From Thermoleophilia bacterium (GTDB taxonomy: Bacteria; Actinomycetota; Thermoleophilia; UBA2241): a stretch of 64,000 nucleotides of DNA. The stretch lies in assembly GCA_040769125.1 (NCBI GenBank), contig JAXGLO010000001.1, positions 736,868 to 800,867 on the forward strand. The letters run 5' to 3'. Position numbers and translations under genes: made by a program. This document shows, piece after piece, positions 52,818-62,416 of this stretch. Within the stretch, counting starts at the first letter, position 1. The number at the start of each line of letters is the position of its first letter. Below the pieces are notes generated by a model, which saw only the letters and a program-made list of their open reading frames with translations, ran no database searches and was not told the DNA's origin.

Positions 52818-54350
52818 TTGATCCCCGGGCTGCACGCCTCCATTAATGTGCCACGCGTGGTCGTGGCTGCGCCACGGAGTGGCGAGGGAAAGACCACCGT
52901 CGCGCTTGGGCTGATGGCTGCCCTTCGCCAGCGAGGGCTGGCCGTGAAGGGGTTCAAGGTGGGCCCGGATTACCTTGATACCGGCTATCAGCGGTTCGCT
53001 GCTGGGGCGCCGGGGCGGAATCTCGATCTCTTCATGATGGGGGAGACTGCCGTCCTTCGCGCGCTCGAGGGTGACGACGACGTGGCGGTGATCGAGGGCG
53101 TCATGGGGCTTTTCGACGGGCACCACGACGTGACGCTGAAGACCAGCACCGCCGACGTGGCGAAGCATGTGGGCGCGCCGGTCATCCTTGTGACGGACGC
53201 GTCGCGCATGGCGGCCAGCGCGGGGGCGCTGGCGCTCGGCTTCCGGACATTCGACAGCGAGATCCGCCTCGCCGGGGTCATTCTGAACCGCTGGCGCCCG
53301 GGTCGGAAGAAGGCGCCCGTGGAGGCCGCTCTTGCCCGGGCGGGCGTCGAGACGCTCGGCTACATCCCTGCCGCCGATGATGTCGCGCTGCCGTCGCGCC
53401 ACCTGGGGCTCGTCGTCGCCGACGAAGTGGCCGACCAGACGGCGGCGACGATGGCGCTGCTCGGCGAGTTCGTGGAGCAGCACGTCGATGTCGATCGCGT
53501 GCTCGCCATTGCGGGAGAGGCGCCGGATCTCGGGGTTCTGGATCTTGGGACGCAGGGTGCGAAGGCGCCGGGCTCGAAGGGGCCGGCGCCCGGGGCGCAT
53601 GCGGACGGGACGAATTCAGACGGCGCGCATCCTGATTGGTCGCATACCGACGAGGTGTACTCCGGCGGTACGTACCCCGACGGTGTGTCCCCCGACGGGA
53701 AGTATCGCGGCCTGCGGATCGCCGTCGCCTGGGACGCGGCCTTCGCCTTCTACTACGCGGACAACCTCGATCTGCTGCGGGCGAAGGGCGTGGAGGTCGT
53801 GCCGTTCAGCCCGCTGAGCGCCGCCGAGCTGCCCGTCTGCGACGGGCTCTACCTCGGCGGCGGCTACCCCGAGCTGCACGCGCAGGCGCTCTCGATGAAC
53901 GAGGCCCTGCGGAGCAACCTCACGGCGGCCATCGCCGCGCAACTGCCGACGTACGCCGAGTGTGGCGGCCTCGTCTACTTGTGCGAGTCGCTCACCGATC
54001 TGGATGGCCGGACGTGGCCGCTCGTCGGTGCGCTCCCCGCCGCCGCCACGATGCACAGTCGCCTCCAGGCGCTGGGCTACCGCGAGGCGCGCCTCCACGG
54101 CGATTCGCTCCTCGGTCCGGCCGGCGCCGTCGTGCGCGGCCATGAGTTCCACTACGCCTCCTGCGATCTCACGCCGGCCGCCAGCCCTGCGTACTGGGTG
54201 GACGGATCGCCGGAGGGCTACGCCGCCGGCGACCTCTTTGCCTCATTCATCCATCTGCATTTCGCGGGTGTTCCAGCCGCTCTCGATCACTGGCTTGAGC
54301 GCTGCCTGGCGTACGCCCGCGAACGATGCCCCGGAGGTTCAGTGCTTTGA
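52818..54350 (+). CDS. cbiA: Cobyrinate a,c-diamide synthase
   Basis: N-terminal P-loop-like PRSGEGKTTVALGL and the C-terminal glutamine amidotransferase domain with CGGL. Confidence 0.9.
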   Translation: MIPGLHASINVPRVVVAAPRSGEGKTTVALGLMAALRQRGLAVKGFKVGPDYLDTGYQRFAAGAPGRNLDLFMMGETAVLRALEGDDDVAVIEGVMGLFDGHHDVTLKTSTADVAKHVGAPVILVTDASRMAASAGALALGFRTFDSEIRLAGVILNRWRPGRKKAPVEAALARAGVETLGYIPAADDVALPSRHLGLVVADEVADQTAATMALLGEFVEQHVDVDRVLAIAGEAPDLGVLDLGTQGAKAPGSKGPAPGAHADGTNSDGAHPDWSHTDEVYSGGTYPDGVSPDGKYRGLRIAVAWDAAFAFYYADNLDLLRAKGVEVVPFSPLSAAELPVCDGLYLGGGYPELHAQALSMNEALRSNLTAAIAAQLPTYAECGGLVYLCESLTDLDGRTWPLVGALPAAATMHSRLQALGYREARLHGDSLLGPAGAVVRGHEFHYASCDLTPAASPAYWVDGSPEGYAAGDLFASFIHLHFAGVPAALDHWLERCLAYARERCPGGSVL

Positions 54351-54718
54351 GCAGCGCCCTCATCATTCTCGGTCACGGGAGTCGCAACCCCGCCGCCGCC
54401 GAGCAGTTCATGGGTCTCATCGACCAGCTCAGCGCTCGCCAGAGCGACCCCGTCTACCCTGCGTTCATGGAGCTGGCCACCCCGTCGCTGGCGGATGCCG
54501 TCGCCGAAGCCGTAGACGCGGGCGCTTGTGAAGTGACGGTGCAACCCTGCTTTCTCTTCGACGGCATCCACATCCGTCGTGACATCCCGGAGATGCTCGC
54601 CCAGTTCGCCGCGCGGCACCCCGATGTGACCTTCCGCTACGGGCGGCCATTGGGTCCCGATACGCGCGTGGCCGACATTCTCCTCGAGCGCGCCGGGGAG
54701 GCGACATGTCTGGCCTAA
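54326..54718 (+). CDS. cbiX: Sirohydrochlorin cobaltochelatase (short CbiX type)
   Basis: LIILGHGSR ... FLFDGIHIRRDIPE are typical CbiX(S) motifs. Confidence 0.75.
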   Translation: MPRRFSALSSALIILGHGSRNPAAAEQFMGLIDQLSARQSDPVYPAFMELATPSLADAVAEAVDAGACEVTVQPCFLFDGIHIRRDIPEMLAQFAARHPDVTFRYGRPLGPDTRVADILLERAGEATCLA

Positions 54719-55332
54719 GCCCCCACGAGATCGAGGCGCGCAGCATGGAGATCATCGACGGCCTGCTGCCGGCCATCTCATGGTCCGCCGGCGAACGAGC
54801 CGTGGTGAAGCGGCTTGTGCATACCTCGGGAGATCCTTCGCTGGCCGACGAGGTCCGGTTCAGCGCCGGGGCGGTCGAGGCCGGCGTAGAGGCGCTGCGC
54901 GCCGGGTCGATTGTCTTCACCGACACACACATGGTGCGCATCGGTGTGAACGGCGATCGCGTGCGCGCGCTCGGCGGCGACGTCGAGTGCCTCATCTCGG
55001 ACGAGCTGATCGTCGCGCGCTCGGCGGCGGCCGGCAAGACCCGCGCCGCGTGCGCCATGCGGGCCTTCGGGCCGCGGCTCGACGGTGCGGTCGTCGCTCT
55101 CGGCAACGCGCCTACGGCCTTGCGCGAGGTGCTGGCGCTCGCCTCCGAGGGTGTGGCGCGCCCCGCGCTCGTGATCGGGATGCCGGTGGGGTTTGTGGAC
55201 GCGGCCGAGTCCAAAGAGGCGCTCATCGCCTCCGCACTCACATTTATTACTGTCCAGGGAACCCGCGGCGGCAGCCCGCTTGCCGCGGCTACGGTCAACG
55301 CGCTGTTACGTGTGCTCGAGGCTGGCGTTTGA
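54706..55332 (+). CDS. cbiC: Cobalt-precorrin-8 methylmutase
   Basis: CbiC/CobH signature (IFTDTHMVRIGVN ... ALGNAPTAL). Confidence 0.9.
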   Translation: MSGLSPHEIEARSMEIIDGLLPAISWSAGERAVVKRLVHTSGDPSLADEVRFSAGAVEAGVEALRAGSIVFTDTHMVRIGVNGDRVRALGGDVECLISDELIVARSAAAGKTRAACAMRAFGPRLDGAVVALGNAPTALREVLALASEGVARPALVIGMPVGFVDAAESKEALIASALTFITVQGTRGGSPLAAATVNALLRVLEAGV

Positions 55333-57089
55333 CCGACGTGACGCGAGAGCTTCGGACAGGTCTTACGTCGGGGACCTGTGCCGCCGCCGCGGCGAAAGCC
55401 GCGGCGGCGGCTCTCGCGGACACTTTCCTCGAGGAAGTCACTGTATTCCTGCCCGGCGGCGAGCCGGTCACGCTCGCCGTCGCTGAGGTAGAGCGGCTCG
55501 GCGAGGGCCGCGCCCGCGCCTCCGTCGTCAAGGACGCGGGCGACGATCCGGATATCACCAACGGCATGACCGTCGTCGCCGAGGTTGAGCGACGAGATGA
55601 TGCCGACGACGGCGATCTGGTGTGCTTTGCGGCGGGGCCGGGCGTAGGGACCGTCACCTTGGCGGGGCTACAGCTCGCGCCCGGCGAGCCGGCTATTAAT
55701 CCAGTCCCGCGAGCCATGATCGCCGCCGCCGTCGCCGAGGTCCTGCCGGACGTGCGCGTCTGCGTGACGGTGAGCATCCCCGGCGGGGAGGAGATTGCGC
55801 GCCGCACCTTCAATCCCCGCCTCGGCGTCGAGGGCGGGCTCTCGGTGCTCGGTACGTCGGGGCGTGTTGTTCCGAAGTCGGAGGATGCCTGGCTGCGCTC
55901 GCTGCTGCCGCAGGTGCAGATCGCGCTGGCCGACGGCCGCCACACCGTCTATCTTGCGCCCGGGCGTTTCGGTGAGGTGGCGGCGCGCACCCATTTCGCC
56001 GCCGCCGAGACGGCCGTCGTGCAGTGCTCCAACTTCGTCGGTGATCTGCTCGATCACTGCGTGGAGTCCGGCGTCGACGAGGTGGTGCTGATCGGCCACG
56101 CAGGGAAGCTCGTCAAGGTTGCCGCCGGGCTGTGGAACACTCACAGCCGCTACGGGGACGCGCGGTTGGAGACGGTGGCGGCGCTGGCGGCCGCCGCAGG
56201 GGCGCCGCCGCCGCTTGTCGTTCGCCTGCTCGACCTGCCGACCGCCGAGGCTGCCGTGGCCGTGCTCGCCGAGACCGGCTTCGATGCGGTGTGGGACGAT
56301 GTCGCCGATCGCGTTGTGATGCGCGCCGCGGAGCGCGCCGCACGCGGCGCGGCCGGCGGCGCGCCGCCGCGCTTCGCCTGCGCGATCGTGGGCTACGACG
56401 GCGCGGTGCTCGGCCGCTCGAGCACGCTGCGCGCGGCGGCCAGCGAGACGCCGCTCGCCCCGGCTCTGTCGCTCACCGTGGTTGGCACCGGCCCGGGCGC
56501 GCAGGAGTGGATCACGCCGGCCGCCTGGCGCCTGGTCAGGCGCGCCGAGGTCGTGGCCGGCGGCCGCCGGCAGCTGGAAGCCTTCGCCCCCGAGGGGGCG
56601 CAGCAGATCATCATCGGCGCCAGGATGGAAGAGCTGGCGGCGGCGCTGAGCGCCTGCGCCGGCCGCCGCATCGTCGTGCTGGCCAGCGGCGACCCGGGCT
56701 TCTTCGGTATCTCCGCAACTCTGCGCCGCCTGCTGCCCGACGCGCACATCGTGGTGCTGCCCGGCATCAGCTCGATCCAGCTCGCCGCCGCCCGTCTCGG
56801 CCGGCCGTGGCACGACATGAGGCTGGTGAGCGCGCACGGTTCGGATGTGAAGCCGGTGGTCGACGCCGTCGCGTCATCCCCTCGCGTGCTTGCCCTCTGC
56901 GACGCGCGGCACACGCCGCAGGCGCTGGCCGCGGAAGTCGTGGCGGCTGGGTTCGCCGCCGAGCTGACTGTGCTCGAGCGTCTCGGTGAGCCGGATGAAC
57001 GCATCACCAGCGCCGCCGCGGCCGAGATCGCAACCGGCGAGTTCGACGGCCTCTCGATCGTCTTCATTGAAAGAGAGGAGATCGCGTGA
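55329..57089 (+). CDS. cbiD: In-frame CbiD-CbiE fusion (cobalt-precorrin-5B C1-methyltransferase + cobalt-precorrin-7 C5-methyltransferase)
   Basis: The CbiD region (LRTGLTSGTCAAAAAKAA ... GTSGRVVPKS) runs without a stop into the CbiE region (LTVVGTGPGAQEWITPAA ... LASGDPGFFGIS). TTG/GTG start overlapping the cbiC stop. The 769-aa track ORF 54780..57089 is the same frame extended upstream over cbiC. Confidence 0.75.
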   Translation: MTDVTRELRTGLTSGTCAAAAAKAAAAALADTFLEEVTVFLPGGEPVTLAVAEVERLGEGRARASVVKDAGDDPDITNGMTVVAEVERRDDADDGDLVCFAAGPGVGTVTLAGLQLAPGEPAINPVPRAMIAAAVAEVLPDVRVCVTVSIPGGEEIARRTFNPRLGVEGGLSVLGTSGRVVPKSEDAWLRSLLPQVQIALADGRHTVYLAPGRFGEVAARTHFAAAETAVVQCSNFVGDLLDHCVESGVDEVVLIGHAGKLVKVAAGLWNTHSRYGDARLETVAALAAAAGAPPPLVVRLLDLPTAEAAVAVLAETGFDAVWDDVADRVVMRAAERAARGAAGGAPPRFACAIVGYDGAVLGRSSTLRAAASETPLAPALSLTVVGTGPGAQEWITPAAWRLVRRAEVVAGGRRQLEAFAPEGAQQIIIGARMEELAAALSACAGRRIVVLASGDPGFFGISATLRRLLPDAHIVVLPGISSIQLAAARLGRPWHDMRLVSAHGSDVKPVVDAVASSPRVLALCDARHTPQALAAEVVAAGFAAELTVLERLGEPDERITSAAAAEIATGEFDGLSIVFIEREEIA

Positions 57090-57754
57090 CGCATCCGGAT
57101 GCATTGACCGGCTGCGCCGATGTCGTCGCGCCGGGGCTGCCTGACGAGCTCTTCGTGCGGGGCGACGCGCCCATGACCAAAGCGGAGGTGCGCGCCGTGA
57201 CGATGGCGGCGGCGCGCCTGCGCTCCGGCGACCGCGTGCTCGACGTCGGCGCCGGCACCGGCAGCCTCTCCATCGAGGCGGCGCTGCTTTGCCCCGAAGG
57301 CGAGGTCGTCGCGCTCGAGCGTAACCCCGCCGCCTTGACCGTGCTGCGCCAGAACGTGGAGCGGTTCGGGCTCGACAACGTCGTGGTCGTCTCCGGCGAA
57401 GCGCCTGCGGCGTTCGCCGGCCTCGCTCCGTTCGATCGCGTGCTGCTCGGCGGCAGCGGCGGCAAGCTGTCGGCGATTCTCGAGGCGCTGCCGGAGCTGC
57501 TGCACCCCGGCGGTCGCGTCGTGGCCAATACGGCCTGCCTCGAGAGCACGGCGAAGGTGGCGGCGGCGCTTCGCCGGCCGCCCTGGTCCGCGTTCACATG
57601 CTCTCAGGTGAGCGTGGCTCGCGGAGTTCCCGCGGGGCAGCTTCTGCGCTTCGAGGCGCTCAATCCGGTCTGGGTGATGTCGGCTGTTGTCGGATGTACG
57701 CAGGTCGGAGGTACGCAGGTCGGAGGTACGCAGGTCGGAGGTGCGCCGTCATGA
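57086..57754 (+). CDS. cbiT: Cobalt-precorrin-6B C15-methyltransferase (decarboxylating)
   Basis: SAM-binding VLDVGAGTGSLSIEAA. The C-terminus carries a 15-nt x3 tandem repeat (TQVGGTQVGGTQVGG). Confidence 0.85.
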   Translation: MTHPDALTGCADVVAPGLPDELFVRGDAPMTKAEVRAVTMAAARLRSGDRVLDVGAGTGSLSIEAALLCPEGEVVALERNPAALTVLRQNVERFGLDNVVVVSGEAPAAFAGLAPFDRVLLGGSGGKLSAILEALPELLHPGGRVVANTACLESTAKVAAALRRPPWSAFTCSQVSVARGVPAGQLLRFEALNPVWVMSAVVGCTQVGGTQVGGTQVGGAPS

Positions 57755-58452
57755 AGCCTGCCATCTACGGTGTCGGCGTGGGCCCTGGGGATCCGCGTCT
57801 GCTGACCCTTCAGGCGATCGAGGTGCTGCAGAGCTGCCGCGTGGTCATGGCGCCGGCGCCGCGACGCGGCGCCGAGAGCCTGGCGCTCAAGATCGCCGCG
57901 ACCCACCTCGGCGAAGACTGCCACGTCGTGACCGCGCATCTCCCCATGAGTGAGGATCGTGCCACGGTCGAGCCCTTCTGGGAGGCGGCGGCGAAGACGT
58001 TGCTGCACGCCGCTGAGGAGGAGCCGCCCGTCGCCTTCATCACGCTCGGTGACGCCCTGTTCTACAGCACATGGAGCTACTTGCTGGCCGCAGTGCGCCG
58101 GCTGTCGCCCGACACGGCTGTAGAGACCGTTCCCGGCGTTACGGCCATGGCGGCCTGTGCGTCCGTCCTCGGCTGGCCGCTGGCGGAGGGGCGTGACCCG
58201 CTCCTGGTGTGGCCCGACGCGCCGCCGGCCGACCCGGGCGCCATCCTCGATCTCGCTCCCAACGTGGTGTTCATGAAGGCCGGCCGGCATCTCTCGGCGC
58301 TGGCCGACCTGGCCGACCGCCCGGGGGTCGAGGCTGTCGCGATACGCCGGGCGTCGCAATCGAGCGCGGAGACGACGACCGATCTGCGGTCCTGGGTCGG
58401 CAGCAAGGAGTACTTCACGACTGTGCTGGTTCATCGGGAGGAGAACACATGA
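57751..58452 (+). CDS. cbiL: Cobalt-precorrin-2 C20-methyltransferase
   Basis: IYGVGVGPGDPRLLTLQAIEVL N-terminal signature. ATGA overlap with cbiT. Confidence 0.85.
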   Translation: MKPAIYGVGVGPGDPRLLTLQAIEVLQSCRVVMAPAPRRGAESLALKIAATHLGEDCHVVTAHLPMSEDRATVEPFWEAAAKTLLHAAEEEPPVAFITLGDALFYSTWSYLLAAVRRLSPDTAVETVPGVTAMAACASVLGWPLAEGRDPLLVWPDAPPADPGAILDLAPNVVFMKAGRHLSALADLADRPGVEAVAIRRASQSSAETTTDLRSWVGSKEYFTTVLVHREENT

Positions 58453-59201
58453 TCTGGTTCGTCGGCGCCGGGCCCGGTGACCCCGAGCTCATCACCGTCA
58501 AGGGTCGCCGTCTTCTCGAGGAGGCCGACCTCGTGCTCTACGCTGGCTCGCTCGTGCCGACCGCGCTGCTGAGCTGGACGCGCGACGACTGCGAGTGCTA
58601 CGACAGCGCGCCGCTGGCTCTCGGCGATCAGATCGATCTCATGGCCGCGGCTCACGCCATCGGCAAGAAGGTCGTGCGCCTGCACACCGGCGACCCGAGT
58701 CTCTATGGCGCCATCGGCGAGCAGATGCGCGCCCTCGACGCGCTCGGCATCGAGTATGCCGTGGTACCGGGCGTGAGCTCCTTCGTCGCTGCGGCCGCGG
58801 TGCTGCCCGCCCAGCTGACGCTGCCCGGTGTCTCGCAGACCGTGATCATCACGCGTCAACCGGGCCGTACACCGGTCCCCGAGGGGCAGGATGTCGCCTC
58901 TCTGGCGGAACATCGCGCGACGATGGCCCTCTTTCTCTCCGCCGGCGACCTGGAGGGGACGACGGCGGCGCTGCGCGAGCACTACCCGCCGGAGACCGCG
59001 GCGGCGATCGTGCAGCGCGCGTCATGGCCGGAGCAGGTCGTGCTGCGCGGCTCGCTGGCGACGATCGCCGCGCAGGCGGCGGAGGCCGGCGTCACGCGCA
59101 CGGCCATGCTGCTCGTCGGGGATGTCTTGCACAACGAGGGCGAGCCCTCGCTGCTCTACGATCGCGGTTTCACGCACGGGTATCGCAAGGGCGGCGCGTG
59201 A
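58449..59201 (+). CDS. cbiF: Cobalt-precorrin-4 C11-methyltransferase
   Basis: MIWFVGAGPGDPELITVKGRRLLEEADLVLYAGSLV. Confidence 0.9.
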   Translation: MIWFVGAGPGDPELITVKGRRLLEEADLVLYAGSLVPTALLSWTRDDCECYDSAPLALGDQIDLMAAAHAIGKKVVRLHTGDPSLYGAIGEQMRALDALGIEYAVVPGVSSFVAAAAVLPAQLTLPGVSQTVIITRQPGRTPVPEGQDVASLAEHRATMALFLSAGDLEGTTAALREHYPPETAAAIVQRASWPEQVVLRGSLATIAAQAAEAGVTRTAMLLVGDVLHNEGEPSLLYDRGFTHGYRKGGA

Positions 59202-59214
59202 GGGGAGAGCCGGC

Positions 59215-60048
59215 GTGATCGACTTCTCGCGAAGCGGTCCGATCGCGATCGTCGTCGCCTCTCCCGAGGGGGCGTGGCTCGGCCTCGCGCTTCGCGAGCG
59301 CTTCGCCGATCCGCGGCGAGTGACCCTGTGGGCGGCGAGGCCGTACTTCATCGGCCTGCACCTGTATGAGCGCAGCCTGCGCGACTTCGTAGGCGGCATC
59401 TGGGCCGATCACGCGGCGATCATTGGCGTCATGGCGAGTGGCATCGTGGTCCGGGCTATTGCGCCGCACGTGAGTAGCAAGTACAGCGATCCGGCAGTGG
59501 TCGTCGTCGACGATGCCGGGCGCTACGTGATCTCCTTGCTCTCGGGGCACGAGGGCGGAGCCAACACGCTGGCCGAACAGATCGCTGCGGAGACGCGCGG
59601 CTTGGCGATCGTGACGACCGGCAGCGAGGCGCAACGGCGGCTTGTGGTGGGCGTCGGAGCACGCAAGGGCGTGACCGAGGAGCAGGTGCTGGCGGCGCTG
59701 GACCAGGCGTTGGCGGAGGCCGGCAAGGAGCGCACGGACGTGCGCGCCCTGGCCACCATCGACATGAAGAAGGACGAAGCGGGCATCCTCGCCGCCGCTC
59801 AGCGGCTCGGCGTGCCCGTGCAGATCATCGACCGGGAGCGCATTCGCACGCTGCAGGGCGTGCTGCGTAAACGGAGTTTCGCTGAAGAGATTACGGGAGT
59901 GGCTGCGGTATGCGAACCAGCGGCGATGCTGGCCGGTTGCCAGACACGACTCCTCGCGGCACGCACGGTGCGGGACGGGGTGACGGTGGCACTGGCCCAG
60001 GACATCTGTGGCTTGTCGGCCTGGGGCCGGGCGGACGAGAGCACATGA
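59215..60048 (+). CDS. cbiG: Cobalt-precorrin-5A hydrolase
   Basis: CbiG N- and C-terminal domains (VVGVGARKGV ... AVCEPAAMLA). GTG start. Confidence 0.75.
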   Translation: MIDFSRSGPIAIVVASPEGAWLGLALRERFADPRRVTLWAARPYFIGLHLYERSLRDFVGGIWADHAAIIGVMASGIVVRAIAPHVSSKYSDPAVVVVDDAGRYVISLLSGHEGGANTLAEQIAAETRGLAIVTTGSEAQRRLVVGVGARKGVTEEQVLAALDQALAEAGKERTDVRALATIDMKKDEAGILAAAQRLGVPVQIIDRERIRTLQGVLRKRSFAEEITGVAAVCEPAAMLAGCQTRLLAARTVRDGVTVALAQDICGLSAWGRADEST

Positions 60049-60725
60049 CGACGGCGGCGGCGACGGCGCTGACCGCCGCCGACGTGATCGTCGGTTATCG
60101 ACCGTACGTGGACCTGGTCGCCGACCTCGCGACGGGCAAGCGCACGGTCGTGAGCGGTATGCGCCAAGAGGCCGCGCGCGCCGAGGCGGCGGTGGCGGAG
60201 GCGACCGCCGGCGCCCGCGTGGCCGTTGTCAGCACCGGCGACGCCGGCGTGTACGGCATGGCAGGGCTCGTGCTCGAGCTGCTGCCGGAGGGATCGATGG
60301 TGACCGTCGAGATCGTGCCCGGGGTGACGGCGGCCAGCGCCGCCGCCGCGTGCCTGGGGGCGCCGCTCATGAACGACTTCGCTGTGGTGAGCCTGAGCGA
60401 TCTGCTCACCCCGATCGAGGTGATCGAGCGGCGGCTCACGGCCGCCGCCGACGGCGACTTCGTCGTGGCGCTCTACAACCCGCGCAGCACGAAGCGGCAC
60501 GAGCCGCTGCGGCAGGCGTTGAGTATCCTGCGCGCGCGGCGTGACGCGGCCACCCCTGTGGGCCTCGTTCGTCACGCGCTGCGTGACGGCCAGGAGGTGC
60601 GCGTGACGACGCTCGCCGAGCTGCGCGAGGGGGACGTCGACATGATGAGCATCCTCATCGTCGGCAACAGCGCGACGTGTGTGCGCGACGGCCGCATGGT
60701 GACGGCGCGAGGGTACCGGACGTGA
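59910..60725 (+). CDS. cbiH: Cobalt-precorrin-3B C17-methyltransferase (start uncertain)
   Basis: LWLVGLGPGG ... VVSTGDAGVYGMAG. No ATG or GTG lies just upstream of the GPG motif, so the gene either starts at an upstream ATG or TTG inside cbiG or uses a non-canonical start. Confidence 0.75.
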   Translation: MRTSGDAGRLPDTTPRGTHGAGRGDGGTGPGHLWLVGLGPGGREHMTTAAATALTAADVIVGYRPYVDLVADLATGKRTVVSGMRQEAARAEAAVAEATAGARVAVVSTGDAGVYGMAGLVLELLPEGSMVTVEIVPGVTAASAAAACLGAPLMNDFAVVSLSDLLTPIEVIERRLTAAADGDFVVALYNPRSTKRHEPLRQALSILRARRDAATPVGLVRHALRDGQEVRVTTLAELREGDVDMMSILIVGNSATCVRDGRMVTARGYRT

Positions 60726-62416
60726 TCCTGGTCCTCGGGGGAACGAGCGATGCTCGCGCCGTGGCTGCGGCGCTCGGCGCGGCCGGGTTCGCGGTGCGCC
60801 TCAGCGTGGTGACCGAGTACGGCGCCCGGCTGGCTGCAGCCGACGCGCCGCAGGTGCGCAACGGTGCGCTCGACGACGAGGGGCTCGAGAGGCTCCTCGA
60901 CGAGGCTGCGGCCGTCGTCGATGCTACTCATCCGTTCGCGGAGGAGATCTCGCGGCAGGCCGCGCGCGCCTGCGGCCGGCGCGGCCTGCCGTACCTTCGG
61001 TATGAGCGGCCTGCCGGCGACGTGCCCGACGGCGTGCTCACGGCTAGCGACGCCGCTGAGGCGGCGGATCTCGCCGTGCGGGCGGCGCTGGCGGAGCCCT
61101 CCAAGGCGCCTACGAGCCCTTCGACGGCGCCTGCGGACTCCTGCGCCGCGCCCACGAGTCCCTCCACGGCGCCCACGATCTTTCTGACCGTGGGCAGCAA
61201 GTCGGTGGCGACGTATGCGGACGCGGCACATGCGGCCGGCGTCCGCGTCGTGGCGCGTGTCCTGCCCATTGCGGAGTCGGTGAACGCCTGTATGGCGGCT
61301 GGGCTCGAGCCGCGCGACATCGTCGCCATGCAGGGGCCGACGAGCGCCGTGCTCGATGCGGCGCTCTTGCGCCACTTCGGCGCGCGCGTCCTCGTCACCA
61401 AGGAGAGCGGCGCCGCCGGCGGATTCGACGAGAAGCTCCGCGCCGCCGAGCTGGCCGGCGCCACGGCGGTCGTTGTGGCGCGGCCGGCGGCGCCGTCTGT
61501 GGATCAGACGGCCGGGTCGGCAGCGCTATCTATGGACCAGACGGCCACGCCGGCAGCGCCGCGCGCGGACCAGGCAGCCGCGCCGGCGGCGCCGTCTGCG
61601 GACCAGACAGCCGCGCCTGCGCCTGCCGACGATCGAGCGGCGCCGGTCGTCGGCGCCTCAACGGCCGGCGCTTCGACTGCTGGTTCCCCAACCACCGGCG
61701 CCTCAACCGCCGACGCTTCGACTGCCGGCCCCTCGACCGCCGACGGGTGGGCGCCGGCGAGCGCGACGACGCCATCCGAGGTCGTTGCCTGGCTCACCGG
61801 CGTCTCGGGTGTCGGCCGGCCGGATGATCAACCGCAGCCACGTCGGGCCGACGGCGGCACCGTTACGGCGTCGGCCGGTGCCCGGCCCGCTCGTCGTCTC
61901 CGGCGCGGCATCCTGCAGCTCTATACGGGTGACGGCAAGGGCAAGACGACCGCCGCCGTGGGCCTCGCGCTGCGGGCTCGAGGCGCGGGGCTGGCCGTGA
62001 CCTTCATCCAGTTCGTGAAGGGCGGCCGCGAGAGCTCCGAGCTGGCGCCGCTGCGCGCCGCCGGCGTCCGCGTTGTGCGGCCGGCGTCGGCCAGAACCGG
62101 GCTGCTGCGCGACGGCGTTACTCCCGGGGACCGCGCCGCCGCAGCCGCCGCGTGGGCGGCGGCCCGGGCGGCGCTCTCCGACCCGGCGCTCGACGTGGTC
62201 GTCCTCGACGAGCTTCATGCCGCCCTGCGGTACGGGCTCGTCGAGATCGATGAGGTGCTCGCCGCTCTCGAGGCGCGGCCTGCGCATCAGGAGGTGGTCG
62301 CGACCGGCCGCGGCGCCCCCGAAGAGCTCCTCACCGTCGCTTCCCTGGTGACCGAGATGGTCCCGGTGCGCCATCCGCACCCTGCCATCCCTGCCCGCAG
62401 AGGAGTGGAACTGTGA
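60722..62416 (+). CDS. cbiJ: Fusion of precorrin-6A reductase (CbiJ) and cob(I)yrinic acid a,c-diamide adenosyltransferase (CobO-type), joined by a repetitive Ala/Pro/Ser/Thr linker
   Basis: N-terminal VILVLGGTSDARAVA (CbiJ/CobK). The C-terminal GILQLYTGDGKGKTTAAVGLALRARG ... VVLDELHAALRYGLVE is the CobA/CobO ATP:corrinoid adenosyltransferase P-loop. Between them sits a low-complexity linker with internal repeats (DQTA...; GASTAG...). Confidence 0.8.
   Translation: MILVLGGTSDARAVAAALGAAGFAVRLSVVTEYGARLAAADAPQVRNGALDDEGLERLLDEAAAVVDATHPFAEEISRQAARACGRRGLPYLRYERPAGDVPDGVLTASDAAEAADLAVRAALAEPSKAPTSPSTAPADSCAAPTSPSTAPTIFLTVGSKSVATYADAAHAAGVRVVARVLPIAESVNACMAAGLEPRDIVAMQGPTSAVLDAALLRHFGARVLVTKESGAAGGFDEKLRAAELAGATAVVVARPAAPSVDQTAGSAALSMDQTATPAAPRADQAAAPAAPSADQTAAPAPADDRAAPVVGASTAGASTAGSPTTGASTADASTAGPSTADGWAPASATTPSEVVAWLTGVSGVGRPDDQPQPRRADGGTVTASAGARPARRLRRGILQLYTGDGKGKTTAAVGLALRARGAGLAVTFIQFVKGGRESSELAPLRAAGVRVVRPASARTGLLRDGVTPGDRAAAAAAWAAARAALSDPALDVVVLDELHAALRYGLVEIDEVLAALEARPAHQEVVATGRGAPEELLTVASLVTEMVPVRHPHPAIPARRGVEL

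Noticed and set aside
54780-57089. 769-aa ORF spanning cbiC to cbiE
   Set aside because: The first ~183 codons overlap cbiC in a different frame and have no CbiD similarity. The real cbiD-cbiE gene begins at the TTG/GTG at 55329/55338, overlapping the cbiC stop.
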